Assembly (NCBI GenBank): GCA_965263035.1
Contig: OZ253580.1
Coordinates: forward strand, 6,048,001 to 6,112,000
Reading direction: 5' to 3'
Source: Acidobacteriota bacterium
Lineage (GTDB): Bacteria; Acidobacteriota; UBA6911; RPQK01; JAJDTT01
Length of the DNA: 64,000 nucleotides
Position 1 is the first letter of the stretch. Each line of letters begins with the position of its first letter. Of the stretch, positions 9,456-19,490 are shown one piece after another. Below the pieces are notes generated by a model. The model was not told the origin of the DNA. It worked only from the letters and a program-made list of their open reading frames with translations, and made no database searches. The position numbers and the translations under genes are program-made.

Positions 9456-11972
9456 ATGAGGGCGAACCGAGGGACCCGATTTTGGAAATACTCCCTGCAC
9501 ATCGGGCCTCTCGCCAGCTTGTCCGTAGCCCAGCCGATTTTCGACCTCCTCTCCCAGCAGCCCGAGTATCTGGTCGCGCGTCACGCCGGACTCTTGGACG
9601 CGGCGTTCTTGATCTCCCTCCTGATTCTGCTCGTTCCTGCATCAGTCGCAGCCGGAGCATATTTCCTGGGATGGGCTCTGGGCGGGATACGTTGGATCCA
9701 AGCCGCCGGCGTCGGGCTGTTTGGTTTTCTCTTGGGTCTTCTGGGCTTGAAAACCCTGATGTGGGACCTGGGAGTATCCCTCATCGCTGCGGTCGGGCTG
9801 CTCGCGTGCTTGAGTGCTCTCGTCTACGCTCGGTTCTCCACTGCGCGTCTGTTCCTGACCTTTCTTTCGCCCGCCATGGTCATCGTTCCCGCGCTCTTTC
9901 TGACAGATCCCACGGTCCAGAAAGTTCTCGATCCAAACCAGCCGCAAGGTACGGCGCTGGAGAGCGGCAAGACGGATACGCCGATCGTCATGGTCGTCTT
10001 CGACGAACTTCCCCTTCAATCTCTCCTTGATCGCCGGGGCGAAATCGACTCCGTACGCTTCCCCAATTTTTCCGGTCTCGCCAACGGCGCCACCTGGTTC
10101 CGAAAAACGACGACCGTCTCGCCTTCCACCCAATACGCGGTCGCAGCCATGACAACCGGGAATCTCCCGCAGCCGGACCGGACGGTTCTCCCCGCATTGG
10201 CCGACTATCCGGACAATCTCTTCACCTGGCTCCGAAACTCCCACCGGCTCAACGTCTCCGAATCGACGACGCACCTCTGTTTCGACTGTCCAGGGTCCGC
10301 ACGCGATCACCTGCAGAGGTGGGTCCAGCTTCTGGTGGATGTCTCGCTGCTCTATCTCAATCTCGTCCTGCCCGAGGACCTGACTTCCGGCTTGCCCGAC
10401 ATCCGTTACGGCTGGACCTGGCAGTTGGGTCATCCAGTCCGGCAATTCGAAGCATTTCTGGAATCTATCCCGGAACCCGGGAAGCCGGGGCTGCATTTCA
10501 TCCATATTCAGATTCCCCATCTGCCCTGGGTCTACCTCCCTTCGGGAAAGCGCTATCTGTTCGGCGGGGACATGGGCCTGTTCACCAAGAGGGATATCTG
10601 GACCCGGGATGAAACTCTGGTGACTCTGGCCTACCAGCGCCACCTGCTGCAGGTGGGCTTCGCCGACCGGCTCCTGGGCCGCCTGCTCCGAAAGCTGAAG
10701 ACTCACGATCTCTACGACCGGAGCCTGATCGTCGTCGCCTCGGACCACGGGGTCAGCTTTCAGCCCGGCGGGTCCAGGCGCACTATGACGGACGCCAACT
10801 TCAGGAACATCCTGAACGTGCCTCTGTTGATCAAAGCTCCCCATCAGAAAGAGGGCCGGGTGTCGGATCGCCCCACACGAACCACGGATATCCTCCCCAG
10901 TGTTGCGGGCATCCTCGGGGTTCCGGCTCCATGGCCCACCGACGGGATTCCGGTTGCGGAAACCGAGCCTCCGGAGAACCGGGATCTTGCATCCACAGTT
11001 CTGAACATCGCTCGCCCGTTCGAGTTTCTGCGTTCGCGAACGACGGTTTGTCTGGGAGGTCGGGCCTTCGATGTGACCCAACGTGGATCCCGGGTCCATT
11101 TGGATGAGGTGAGCGAGAACGGCAACAGGATTGTGTTTTTCGGCTGGTCGGCAGACATGGAAACCCTGGAACCGGCCGATTCCATTCTCGTGTTCGTCAA
11201 TGACGAATTGGTGCACCGGGGAATGGTTCGCCGCCCGCGCCCGGACGTGGTGGAATTCTTCAAGGCCGCAGAACTGGAGAATTCCGGGTTTTTGATTGAG
11301 CTCGACCGGGAACTTCTCGAAGGGAGTCCCACGGTGCGCTGCTTTGCCTCCTTCGGGGACCGAATCCGCGAGGCGCAATATCCGGCGAGTTTTCCCTGGA
11401 CCGCCAAATCGGAAGAAATTCCGGATGAAGCCAAGTCAGTTGATGCCGGTCAGATCTGCTCCCTGGATCAGAACTCGAAACGTTCTTTTCTGATCACACG
11501 GCCGCTCACCCCGGAGACCCTCAGGAAGACCTCCGAACCCAGTGAGTTCGAGATCCGTGTCCAGCAACTGGCGTGGGATGCGGGCGCGGATGGCTTGTTT
11601 CAGCCCGGCCCCTTCCGTGCCCTGATCGGGAAACGGCTGGATCAACTTACCGTACGGCCGACCCCGGGCCTCCAAATCGAGTTGGACAAGCCAAGCCTTC
11701 TTCCGAGGATGAGGCGGAGACTGGATCCCGACTTCATTCCGGCCGCCGTCGAAGGACGAGTCTCGACGAAGTACGCGGAGATTTTGGCAGTGGCCGTGAA
11801 CGGAACCGTCCGGGCGGTTGCTTCCACATTCGTCGGGCCGAGGGGCGACCGGCGTTTCCAGGCGATCGTCCCCGAATCGTCCTTGTTGGAGGAGACATAC
11901 CGAATTCAGGTGTTCGCGGTGGGACAAACGAACGGCGACGTGATCTTGTTTTCCTCAGCCGAGGGCGACTGA
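9456..11972 (+). CDS. Membrane-anchored sulfatase/alkaline-phosphatase-superfamily protein
   Basis: N-terminal TM bundle, VMVVFDELP, HIQIPHLPW, IVVASDHG, VPLLIKAP, DILPSVA. Confidence 0.75.
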   Translation: MRANRGTRFWKYSLHIGPLASLSVAQPIFDLLSQQPEYLVARHAGLLDAAFLISLLILLVPASVAAGAYFLGWALGGIRWIQAAGVGLFGFLLGLLGLKTLMWDLGVSLIAAVGLLACLSALVYARFSTARLFLTFLSPAMVIVPALFLTDPTVQKVLDPNQPQGTALESGKTDTPIVMVVFDELPLQSLLDRRGEIDSVRFPNFSGLANGATWFRKTTTVSPSTQYAVAAMTTGNLPQPDRTVLPALADYPDNLFTWLRNSHRLNVSESTTHLCFDCPGSARDHLQRWVQLLVDVSLLYLNLVLPEDLTSGLPDIRYGWTWQLGHPVRQFEAFLESIPEPGKPGLHFIHIQIPHLPWVYLPSGKRYLFGGDMGLFTKRDIWTRDETLVTLAYQRHLLQVGFADRLLGRLLRKLKTHDLYDRSLIVVASDHGVSFQPGGSRRTMTDANFRNILNVPLLIKAPHQKEGRVSDRPTRTTDILPSVAGILGVPAPWPTDGIPVAETEPPENRDLASTVLNIARPFEFLRSRTTVCLGGRAFDVTQRGSRVHLDEVSENGNRIVFFGWSADMETLEPADSILVFVNDELVHRGMVRRPRPDVVEFFKAAELENSGFLIELDRELLEGSPTVRCFASFGDRIREAQYPASFPWTAKSEEIPDEAKSVDAGQICSLDQNSKRSFLITRPLTPETLRKTSEPSEFEIRVQQLAWDAGADGLFQPGPFRALIGKRLDQLTVRPTPGLQIELDKPSLLPRMRRRLDPDFIPAAVEGRVSTKYAEILAVAVNGTVRAVASTFVGPRGDRRFQAIVPESSLLEETYRIQVFAVGQTNGDVILFSSAEGD

Positions 11973-11982
11973 TTTCCACCGG

Positions 11983-12612
11983 ATCGGGTCGGGCGCAGGG
12001 GATTGCGCCCCTGCACCCTCCCACACCACCGGACGTACCGTTTTCAGTATCCGGCGGTTGGAGTCACCCGAGGCTCTTTCGAGCCTCGTACAGGGCCTTT
12101 CTTTCCGGTTTCCGCCGCCGCTGAGACTTGATCTCCGCCCTTCCGGCTTGCCGGGCTCCACCCGTGGGCCTTCCATGCCGGGTCCGAGGAGGGTTCCCGT
12201 CGCCCCGCTGTCGGAGGTGTTGCGATCCCGCTGACGAGTCCACCATAGGGCCAGTCCGACTCCTTCGGTCCTTCGCTCCACCGGCATTACCCGGCTTCTT
12301 CGCTACTACGACCTCTGCTGACTTCTCAAGGGCTCTCACCCTTGAGATCTCCCCGAGTAAGGTGCTGCATCTTTCCCCCCGGGCCGCCCGGCTCTACCTG
12401 ATGCGTCTGGATGGGGTTCGGGTTTCGCTGTTGCTCGCCAGCTCACCACCCGCACCCGGCCTCACTGCCGGTTCGTGTTCCTGCGGTCGTGGGTTTGCCT
12501 TCCGCTTCCTTCAGCTTCACCTCGCGGCTACGCCTTGCGGTTCGGCTAGGGTTGGTCCCATCACCTCCCTTGGGATCTTTCATCCCTTAGATACAGCCCA
12601 TGTCGGGCGCAC
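11983..12612 (-). ncRNA. ORF-less group IIC intron (630 nt)
   Basis: Minus strand begins GTGCGCCCGACATGGG. It has a DII/DIII-type GAGATCTC..GAGAAGTCAGCAGAGGTCGTAGTAG stretch, DV AACCGCCGGATACTGAAAACGGTACGTCCGGTGGTGTG (CGC triad), and DVI ending CCCGACCCGAT. No RT ORF in DIV. Inserted 4 nt after a stem-loop. Confidence 0.9.
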
Positions 12613-12741
12613 GAGCGGCGACTTTCTTGTCGCCGATTAGGGGGGGTAAGGGGGGACGGAGTCACCCCTCCTCTTCCTCCGTCCGGAACAGACGACAAGA
12701 AAGTCGCCTGTCCCAGTGGGCGACAAGAAAGTCGCCCCTCC
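12613..12741. repeat. REP/REPIN-like hairpin cluster B (intron target)
   Basis: GAGCGGCGACTTTCTTGTCGCCGA and GGGCGACAAGAAAGTCGCCCCTCC units, similar to cluster A. Confidence 0.8.
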
Positions 12742-12799
12742 AAGCGCGCCTACATTTTTCTCAGCATTGGCACGATGATCTGACCCCGAATATCCCGAT

Positions 12800-13218
12800 T
12801 GTGAGACCGCTTCTGCATCGCAGTCTCATGAAGTGGCGGAACCCTCCCGAGTCATGGCCGGAATGAACGATGCCCTCTACGATCAGACGGACAACCACTT
12901 CGTGACCGTGACCTACGCCTACTTCGACCTCGAAGCACGAGAGTTGCGAGACCGCCTCGATCCCACTGACTTCAGGCGATCGAATCGTAATCTACAGCGA
13001 CGGCGTCACCGAGGCTGAAGCGCCGAACGGGGAGCAATTCTCGACGGAACGCCTGCTTGATATTCTCGTCGAGCACTCCAACACCACCGCGGCTGAATTC
13101 GCCGACTACACCCTACGGCAACTGATCGGATGGACCCAAGCTCGCACTGGATGACGACCTGACCCTCCTCGTCATCGACGTGCCGGAGAACGGGGAACAA
13201 GCAACTCCAACAGGCTGA
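12800..13218 (+). pseudogene. SpoIIE/PP2C (RsbU-like) phosphatase remnant
   Basis: Fragments MNDALYDQTDNHFVTVTYAYFD and, in another frame, GDRIVIYSDGVTEA..FSTERL..DDDLTLLVID. Internal deletion or frameshift; no N-terminus. Confidence 0.7.
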
Positions 13219-13344
13219 AAGTGCTTCGAATATAGGAAAGACGTCGTGTCAAGAAGTGGCACGGTGCACTGTACGCAATTTTGAGAAAACCCAGGAACAA
13301 CCTGACTCTGGATTCAGCAGTTCAGGATCGGGGTTCGAGACATT

Positions 13345-13914
13345 ATGTCACATGAACGGAGGAATGCTATGCATTCTTCAGAGAGAAAAAGAGCCTTCAA
13401 GAAGACTTGGTTGTGCGTCCAAAAGAGATACGTCATGGGATCCATAGTATCGGAGCGTGGTCTCCAAGCGGCGCTTTCCGAGGAGCTTAGAGGGAAACTT
13501 CCAACTAGTGTATGCGTCGTTGTGGAACCGCCATGGACGATGGCTGACGGAACTAGAAAGACACCAGATCTTATCATAATTGAGGGAGAGCAAATCACCG
13601 ACATTATTGAGCTTAAATTTGTCCCACATCACCGAGCACCGTGGAAGAAAGATATTGAAAAACTTCGCTCTTACATTAGAACACCGAATACACAGTATCC
13701 AATACTCCTGGATCCAAAGACTGGGCAATGGGACAAATATTTTTCAGTCCACGATGCCTGTCGCCTGCATTTTGTTGCGGTTTCTCGGAACGACTCTGAT
13801 GCTGTGTTGCCTCCTCTCCCTCTCGAAAATCAAGTTTCGAGCATCAACCATTGGTATGAGCGTACTGGCGATGGCGATGACAAGTGGGACATTGATTTCG
13901 CATACGATCAATAG
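13345..13914 (+). CDS. Low-GC hypothetical protein, PD-(D/E)XK nuclease-like
   Basis: SERGLQAAL..VE..TPDLII..IIELKF..KDIEKL pattern; AT-rich relative to flanks. Confidence 0.55.
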   Translation: MSHERRNAMHSSERKRAFKKTWLCVQKRYVMGSIVSERGLQAALSEELRGKLPTSVCVVVEPPWTMADGTRKTPDLIIIEGEQITDIIELKFVPHHRAPWKKDIEKLRSYIRTPNTQYPILLDPKTGQWDKYFSVHDACRLHFVAVSRNDSDAVLPPLPLENQVSSINHWYERTGDGDDKWDIDFAYDQ

Positions 13915-14268
13915 AAATTTATTAAATTCGTCTACACCTTAACTCTACTTGAATTAGGGAATTCAATAGATACTATCGGGATAGCGTCGTTTAAGATTTG
14001 CTGCTCAGTTACGGAGCAGACCCGCATTGATTCTACAGGGAATGTATCCATGTAACTTCGGAGTTACAGATACAATACAATAGTAATGTAGTCGTGAGAA
14101 TATGAAGGAGATCCAGCCCAGCTATCATGGGTCCGGGTAGTGAGAGCAGGCATCAATAGCTGGAGTTATTATTCGCATTCCTCGTTAATACAACTATAAT
14201 CCAGTCTTCCAAATGATGCGTAGGAGTACTGCATTTCCACACGTACTGCCGGATTCTTCCAAGCCTGC

Positions 14269-15672
14269 CTACCAAACCCCCAACACCTTCCACCAGAGGC
14301 CACCGGCGACGAAGTAGATGAGGATGTTCACCACGCTCAGGAGGCCGCCCAGCTTCCACCAGTCGCCCATCTCCACGTATCCCGTCCCGAAGAAGACCGG
14401 CGCCGGCCCGGTACCGTAGTGGGTCATGCCGCTGAACAGGTTGCTGAAGAACCCCAGCACCAGCGCCGCCAGCAGGGGCGGGGTTCCCACCGCCAGGGCC
14501 ACGGCCAGGAAGGGAGCGTACATGGAGCTGATGTGGGTCGTGTTACCGGCGAACAGGTAGTGGCTGTAGAAATACACCAGACTCAACAGGAGGAACGACG
14601 GCATCCAGTGGCCGTCCCCCAGGATGGCGGCCAACTGGTCTCCGAACCAGGGGATCAGCCCCATCTGGTTCAGGTGGCTGGCCAGGTTGATGAGGACGGC
14701 GAACCAGACCAGGGCGTCCCAGGCTCCCTTCTCTCCCAGGATGTCCCGCCACCGCAGCGTTCCGGTCAGAAGCAGAATCGCGAGACCCGTAAGCGCCGCC
14801 ACCGTGCTGGTGATTCCGAAACGGCCGCCGAAGATCCACAGAAACAGAAGGAGGGCGAAGGTGCCGAGCATGGTCCACTCGGACGACTTCAAAGGCCCCA
14901 TCTCCTCCAGCTTCTGCCGAGCCATCCGGGCGGCTCCGGCCGTCTCCTTGATCTCCGGCGGATAGATCCGGTAGAGGATCCAGGGGCCCACCGCCAGACT
15001 CAGCAGTCCGGGAACCAGGGCGGCCAGGAACCAGGTGGTCCAATCGATTTCGATTCCCATCCCTGCGGCCAGCCCGGCCGCCATGGGATTGCCGGCCATG
15101 GAGGTGAGGAACATGCCGCTCACCACGACGCTACCCTGATAGGACGCCTTGATCAGAAACGCTCCCAGCCGGCGGGCGCTGGCACCGTCCGGACGGCTCC
15201 CGAAGGAGACGGCCACGGACCGCAGGATGGGGCAGATGACGCCGCCGCAACGGGCTGTATTGCTGGGAATGGCCGGGGCCAGGACCAGATCGACTCCGAT
15301 CATGCTGTAGGCCAGCCCCAGACTCTTCTTTCCTACCGCCGCCATGAACAGATATGCGATCCGCAAACCCAGACCGGTGACCAGGAATCCCCGGGAGATG
15401 AAGAAGGCGGACACGATGAGCCAGACCACGGGGTAACCGAACCCGGCCAATGCCTCGTCCGGCTTCAGGACTCCCGTGAGCATGGTGGCGATCAGCCCGA
15501 CCATGGCCATGGCGCCCAACGGAAGTGTCTTGGCCAGGATCCCTGCGATAGTGGCCAGGAAGATGGCCAGGAGGCGCCACGCCTGGAGCTGCACCTCGTC
15601 CGGAGGCGGCACGAACCAGACCAAGAGGCCGATAAGGATCGGGGGGAGGAATCGCAGCGGCAGACCGCTCAT
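14269..15672 (-). CDS. DASS family (divalent anion:sodium symporter) dicarboxylate transporter
   Basis: PAIPSNTARCGG, MFLTSMAGNP, HYLFAGNTTH, THYGTGPAPVFFG. ATG 15672 overlaps the upstream stop. Confidence 0.9.
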   Translation of the reverse strand: MSGLPLRFLPPILIGLLVWFVPPPDEVQLQAWRLLAIFLATIAGILAKTLPLGAMAMVGLIATMLTGVLKPDEALAGFGYPVVWLIVSAFFISRGFLVTGLGLRIAYLFMAAVGKKSLGLAYSMIGVDLVLAPAIPSNTARCGGVICPILRSVAVSFGSRPDGASARRLGAFLIKASYQGSVVVSGMFLTSMAGNPMAAGLAAGMGIEIDWTTWFLAALVPGLLSLAVGPWILYRIYPPEIKETAGAARMARQKLEEMGPLKSSEWTMLGTFALLLFLWIFGGRFGITSTVAALTGLAILLLTGTLRWRDILGEKGAWDALVWFAVLINLASHLNQMGLIPWFGDQLAAILGDGHWMPSFLLLSLVYFYSHYLFAGNTTHISSMYAPFLAVALAVGTPPLLAALVLGFFSNLFSGMTHYGTGPAPVFFGTGYVEMGDWWKLGGLLSVVNILIYFVAGGLWWKVLGVW

Positions 15673-18506
15673 TGCTCGGACGATGAGTAGGTCACCCAGA
15701 CGGGAGAGCCCCAAGCCACCATGCCGTCCTGCTGCAGGACCCGCACGTAGTAGTAATGCTCGCCGGCCCCGGCGTCGGCGTCCACGTACTCGAACGAGAT
15801 CTCGTCCTCCTCCTCGGGAGACACCTGGTAGACGATGGCCTCATCCCGGATGACGTCCACGCGATGGAGAGGATCGGTCCCCACCACTCTCGTCTTCAGG
15901 CGGAGCGGTCCGGACACGGTGAACTCCTCGCCCATGAGATGCTCGCCCCCGTCGTGGACGAAACGCACGTCCAGGATGATGTTGTCGGTGGACGCATAGG
16001 CGCGGCGGCTCCGGATCGCCTCCATCAGGCTCTCCAGGGTCAGGTCCTCGGCCAGCAGGCAAGCGTAGCTCATGTGGGTGGAATGGTGGTCCGAGGAGGC
16101 GATGAATCCCAACCGGTACCCCTTGGCCAGAGCGTTCCAAACATAGCCGGGACGTTCCTCGGAGTCCCGGGGCTTCAAGGTTCCGGGCTGGGGCGCCCCG
16201 GCGTGCTCGTAGGTGTCCCGCAGACCCTGGTAGATCTCCACCAGGGTCTCCACCTCGGGATCGTTGTCACGCCAGTCGTTGGACCTGCCGGTGGTGTGGG
16301 GGATGGAGGTGCCCCCATGGCGCCGAAGGTACCAGAAAAGCCTCTCGGCGCCCTCCTGTCCCCGCTCCTCAGGCCCCAGGATGGGATGGATGGGCTTCCC
16401 CCGTTCGGTGAAGAAGATGTTCCGGTGGCCGCTGGGGAAACTGAGCGATCGCTCGTAGCCGTAGAAGGCCACGAAATTCTTCAGTTGGAAGAGGTCGGCG
16501 GTTTTCTGGCTCCGCCACCAGGTGTAGGGCTCGTCAACATGGTGAGTGTGATCGCTCACTCCCAGGAAATCCAACCCACCCGCATCCACGGCATACCGGT
16601 AGGCATCCAGGAGGGTGCCGTCCGCCGCACCGTCCACCGAGATTTCCGTATGGCGGTGCAGATCTCCCCGGTAGATGGAGTAGGTCTTCCCCCGATGCTC
16701 CACCCGGAAAGCGCGGATTCGGTCCAACTCTTCCTCTTCGTCGGGATGGATGGGCGGGACCGGAGGATCCTCTGCCGGCGGAGGGGCGGGAACCAGGGAT
16801 ACGCCTTGTTCCAACTCCGGCGGCTGCAGCCTGGCCAGGAAGACCTGATTGTGTTGCTGCATGTAGCTCTTGGCGTTTCGGTGATCCGTGGCCCACGTGA
16901 GCCAGAACGCGCCGTCCGGAGTCCTGGCGCCGGAGGGCATCAGGGCGTTGCGGCCGCTGGTGCGGGCCAGACGTATCGGCGCACTCCATCGGTCGCCCCG
17001 GTATTGGGTGAGGTGAATGTCCCAGCGCGGATAGTAGGCGGGTCCCAGCCTGCCCCTCACTTCCCGGATGTCGGGCTGGCGCAGGTACAGTTTTCGGACC
17101 AGCAGCCAGGGTTCGCCGGAGGGCCCCATCTCCAAGTGGGGCATCTCCCAAAGGTCTCCGATGAAGATCGTCGAGAGAGACCCCTCCGTGTCCAACCGCT
17201 GCTCTCCGTCCAGACAGACGATCCGGATTTCCCTGGACTCGCGAAGCTGTGTCCCTTGCACCCGGGACAGCCGGCCCGAGTCCTTGCCCCACTCGACGCC
17301 CGACTCCTGCCAAGCCACCCAGATGCGGCCTCCCGGGTCTACAGTGACCGAAGGGTTGGCCTCGAACCGGGCGGTTCCCGCCACCGTCCGGACCGGCATC
17401 CACTGGCCCGACGACCAGACCCGCAGATAGACGTCGTAGCTCCCGGAGGCGTAACCGTCCCAGACCACCGCCAGCGTGCCCTCGGGTCCGGCCGCGGCGA
17501 CCGGCCACCAATTGTTGCCCGCGGCGGAATCCCCCGTGCTGATCTGCCGGGGCGGCGACCAGCGGTCCTTCTCCAAGCTCCGGGCCATGATCTGCGCCCG
17601 GTCTCCCGGGACGGCCCGCCAGATCAGCCAAAGACGTCCCGAGGCATCCCGGACCAGGCTGTGGTGGATGTCGGGACCCGAGCCCTCGGTGAGCCGCTCC
17701 ATCCCGGACCAGCGGCCTCGCTCATGGGATCGGCCATAGAGATCCCAGTTGCCGTCCACCTGCATGGACCAGACCACCCAGATCCGCCCGGAGTCGTCCT
17801 CCGCCACCGCCGTCTGCAACACATCCGACTCCGCCGCCAGCACCTGGGTGGGCCCCCAGGAATCCCCTGAAATGTTCCGGACGCAGACCGAATCGGAGTC
17901 GTTCTCGTACTCCTGCCAAGCCACCCAGAGATCGCCCGAGCCGGTTGCCCAGACCGCCGGGTAGTCCTGCTGTCCCGCCGGACGGGAGTCGGCAGCCAGG
18001 GGCGACGGCAGGGACTCGACGCGGACGCCTCCGTCCAGAAAGTCGGCCGCCGCGAATGGAGGGAGCTCCCGGGGAAGGAAGGAAAAGGCTCCTCGGACGG
18101 TTTCGATCTCAACCGGTCCATGGGAGGAATTCTCCCAGACCTGGATCAGAATGCTGGGATACTCCAACTGGTAGCTCTTCGGATTCCGCATCCACGCCTT
18201 CCGCGTGCTCACGACCCAACTGGAGCCGGTCCGGACGTAGTCGTTGGGGAAGACCGGGTCCTCGCCGGTCTGGATGTTGTGCTCCCGGATCAGATCGGGA
18301 ACCGCCTGGATCCGTTGCCCCGGGGAGAGGACCAGACGGCCGTCCCAGGCGGTCGGGGTAGCGTCCTTCAGTCCGAAGGTGAGCCGGTAGGTGGCTTCCG
18401 GGGCCGGAGACGGGCTCGCCGGCCGGTGGGAAACCGGGGTTGAGTCCAGGGCACAGCCTGCAGCCAGCCCCAACAGCAGAAAGAGAGCCCACGTGCGGGT
18501 CAGCAT
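15669..18506 (-). CDS. Lipoprotein with beta-propeller repeats and C-terminal PHP-like (DUF3604-like) metallohydrolase domain
   Basis: LAAGC lipobox, repeated W..W blades, YRGDLHRHT, GVSDH, GYE, GHRN, IPH, VEIYQ, GFIASSDHH. Confidence 0.7.
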   Translation of the reverse strand: MLTRTWALFLLLGLAAGCALDSTPVSHRPASPSPAPEATYRLTFGLKDATPTAWDGRLVLSPGQRIQAVPDLIREHNIQTGEDPVFPNDYVRTGSSWVVSTRKAWMRNPKSYQLEYPSILIQVWENSSHGPVEIETVRGAFSFLPRELPPFAAADFLDGGVRVESLPSPLAADSRPAGQQDYPAVWATGSGDLWVAWQEYENDSDSVCVRNISGDSWGPTQVLAAESDVLQTAVAEDDSGRIWVVWSMQVDGNWDLYGRSHERGRWSGMERLTEGSGPDIHHSLVRDASGRLWLIWRAVPGDRAQIMARSLEKDRWSPPRQISTGDSAAGNNWWPVAAAGPEGTLAVVWDGYASGSYDVYLRVWSSGQWMPVRTVAGTARFEANPSVTVDPGGRIWVAWQESGVEWGKDSGRLSRVQGTQLRESREIRIVCLDGEQRLDTEGSLSTIFIGDLWEMPHLEMGPSGEPWLLVRKLYLRQPDIREVRGRLGPAYYPRWDIHLTQYRGDRWSAPIRLARTSGRNALMPSGARTPDGAFWLTWATDHRNAKSYMQQHNQVFLARLQPPELEQGVSLVPAPPPAEDPPVPPIHPDEEEELDRIRAFRVEHRGKTYSIYRGDLHRHTEISVDGAADGTLLDAYRYAVDAGGLDFLGVSDHTHHVDEPYTWWRSQKTADLFQLKNFVAFYGYERSLSFPSGHRNIFFTERGKPIHPILGPEERGQEGAERLFWYLRRHGGTSIPHTTGRSNDWRDNDPEVETLVEIYQGLRDTYEHAGAPQPGTLKPRDSEERPGYVWNALAKGYRLGFIASSDHHSTHMSYACLLAEDLTLESLMEAIRSRRAYASTDNIILDVRFVHDGGEHLMGEEFTVSGPLRLKTRVVGTDPLHRVDVIRDEAIVYQVSPEEEDEISFEYVDADAGAGEHYYYVRVLQQDGMVAWGSPVWVTYSSSEQ

Positions 18507-18577
18507 CGCCTGTCCCCTCCGAATTTCGATGGCCCCGTCGTGGCGCGTTTGCCCGGCGCTGTGCCCGACGGCCGCCC

Positions 18578-19162
18578 TCAGTCCGACTCCAGCAGGCCGG
18601 CCGCTTCCAGTGGACGCCAAAAGGCGTAGTCGGCATGGTGGACGATGGTCACGTGTAGAGAACGGCGGACCAGCTCGCCCTCGCCCGAGTGGCAACCGGC
18701 GGCGTGGCAGACTTCCTCGGGAAGCCCCACCACCAGGCAAACGTGAGTTCCGTACTGGGGATGGCGGATGGGGGGCCAGCCCGAGGCGGCGGGCCGGCTG
18801 CTCCAGCGCTTCTGTCGCGGAGGATCGAACTCGTAGGGCTTGCCCACATCATGGCAGAGTGCGCAAGCGGCCAGCAGGTCCCGATCGATGGGGAGCTGGG
18901 GAAACTGTTCCTTGAGCGTGTCGGCCAAGGCCAGCGCCAGTCGGGTCACACCCCGGATGTGGTCGGTCTGGGTGCCCCCCTTCAGCGTGGGCGTGTCGGG
19001 ATTGCCCGAGGGGCGAATCTCGTCGATGGACTGGAAGGTACTCTGGCCCAGGCAGTAGGCCCAGGCGTCCACCACCAGATTACGGAGTTCTTCGTCCTTG
19101 ATCTCCGACAACTCGGGAAGAGATTTTCGGACCGATTCGCGCAGGTCCTCACGTATTTCCAT
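18578..19162 (-). CDS. HD domain phosphohydrolase
   Basis: DHIRGV..LCHDVGK..RH..CHS..HHAD. Confidence 0.8.
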   Translation of the reverse strand: MEIREDLRESVRKSLPELSEIKDEELRNLVVDAWAYCLGQSTFQSIDEIRPSGNPDTPTLKGGTQTDHIRGVTRLALALADTLKEQFPQLPIDRDLLAACALCHDVGKPYEFDPPRQKRWSSRPAASGWPPIRHPQYGTHVCLVVGLPEEVCHAAGCHSGEGELVRRSLHVTIVHHADYAFWRPLEAAGLLESD

Positions 19163-19252
19163 GGCCTCACCCCCAGTGCGGTCAAGCTATCCCCCACCCC
19201 GGGGGGTGTCAAGTCGGGACGCCCCTGGTGGGCGCCCTCGTTCGTCTTGAAA

Positions 19253-19438
19253 GGAGGGGCGATTTCCAGTCGCCCTCTTCCACCCCTGCCCCAGACTCAC
19301 TCCGGTGTCGGCGGGAGGGGTGATTTCCAATCGCCCTCTTCCACCCCTGCCCACAAACTCACCCCGGTGTCGGCGGGAGGGGTGATTTCCAATCGCCCTC
19401 TTCCACCCCTGCCCACAAACTCACCCCGGTGTCGGCGG
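19253..19438. repeat. Three tandem 61-62 bp repeats, each containing a REP-type hairpin
   Basis: Unit GGAGGGG(C/T)GATTTCCA(G/A)TCGCCCTCTTCCACCCCTGCCC..ACTCAC(T/C)CCGGTGTCGGCG at about 19253, 19314 and 19376. Confidence 0.85.
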
Positions 19439-19490
19439 CTAGAAACCGCCGCTCCCATTCGGCGGCTGGAAACCGCCGCTTGTCTGTTTA

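Noticed and set aside
11955-12640. Short ORFs within the intron as a possible intron-encoded protein
   Set aside because: No RT (YADD) or maturase motifs; these are chance ORFs over structured RNA.
19253-19438. Possible CRISPR array
   Set aside because: Units are repeated in full with no unique spacers and no cas genes are present; this is a REP-derived tandem repeat.
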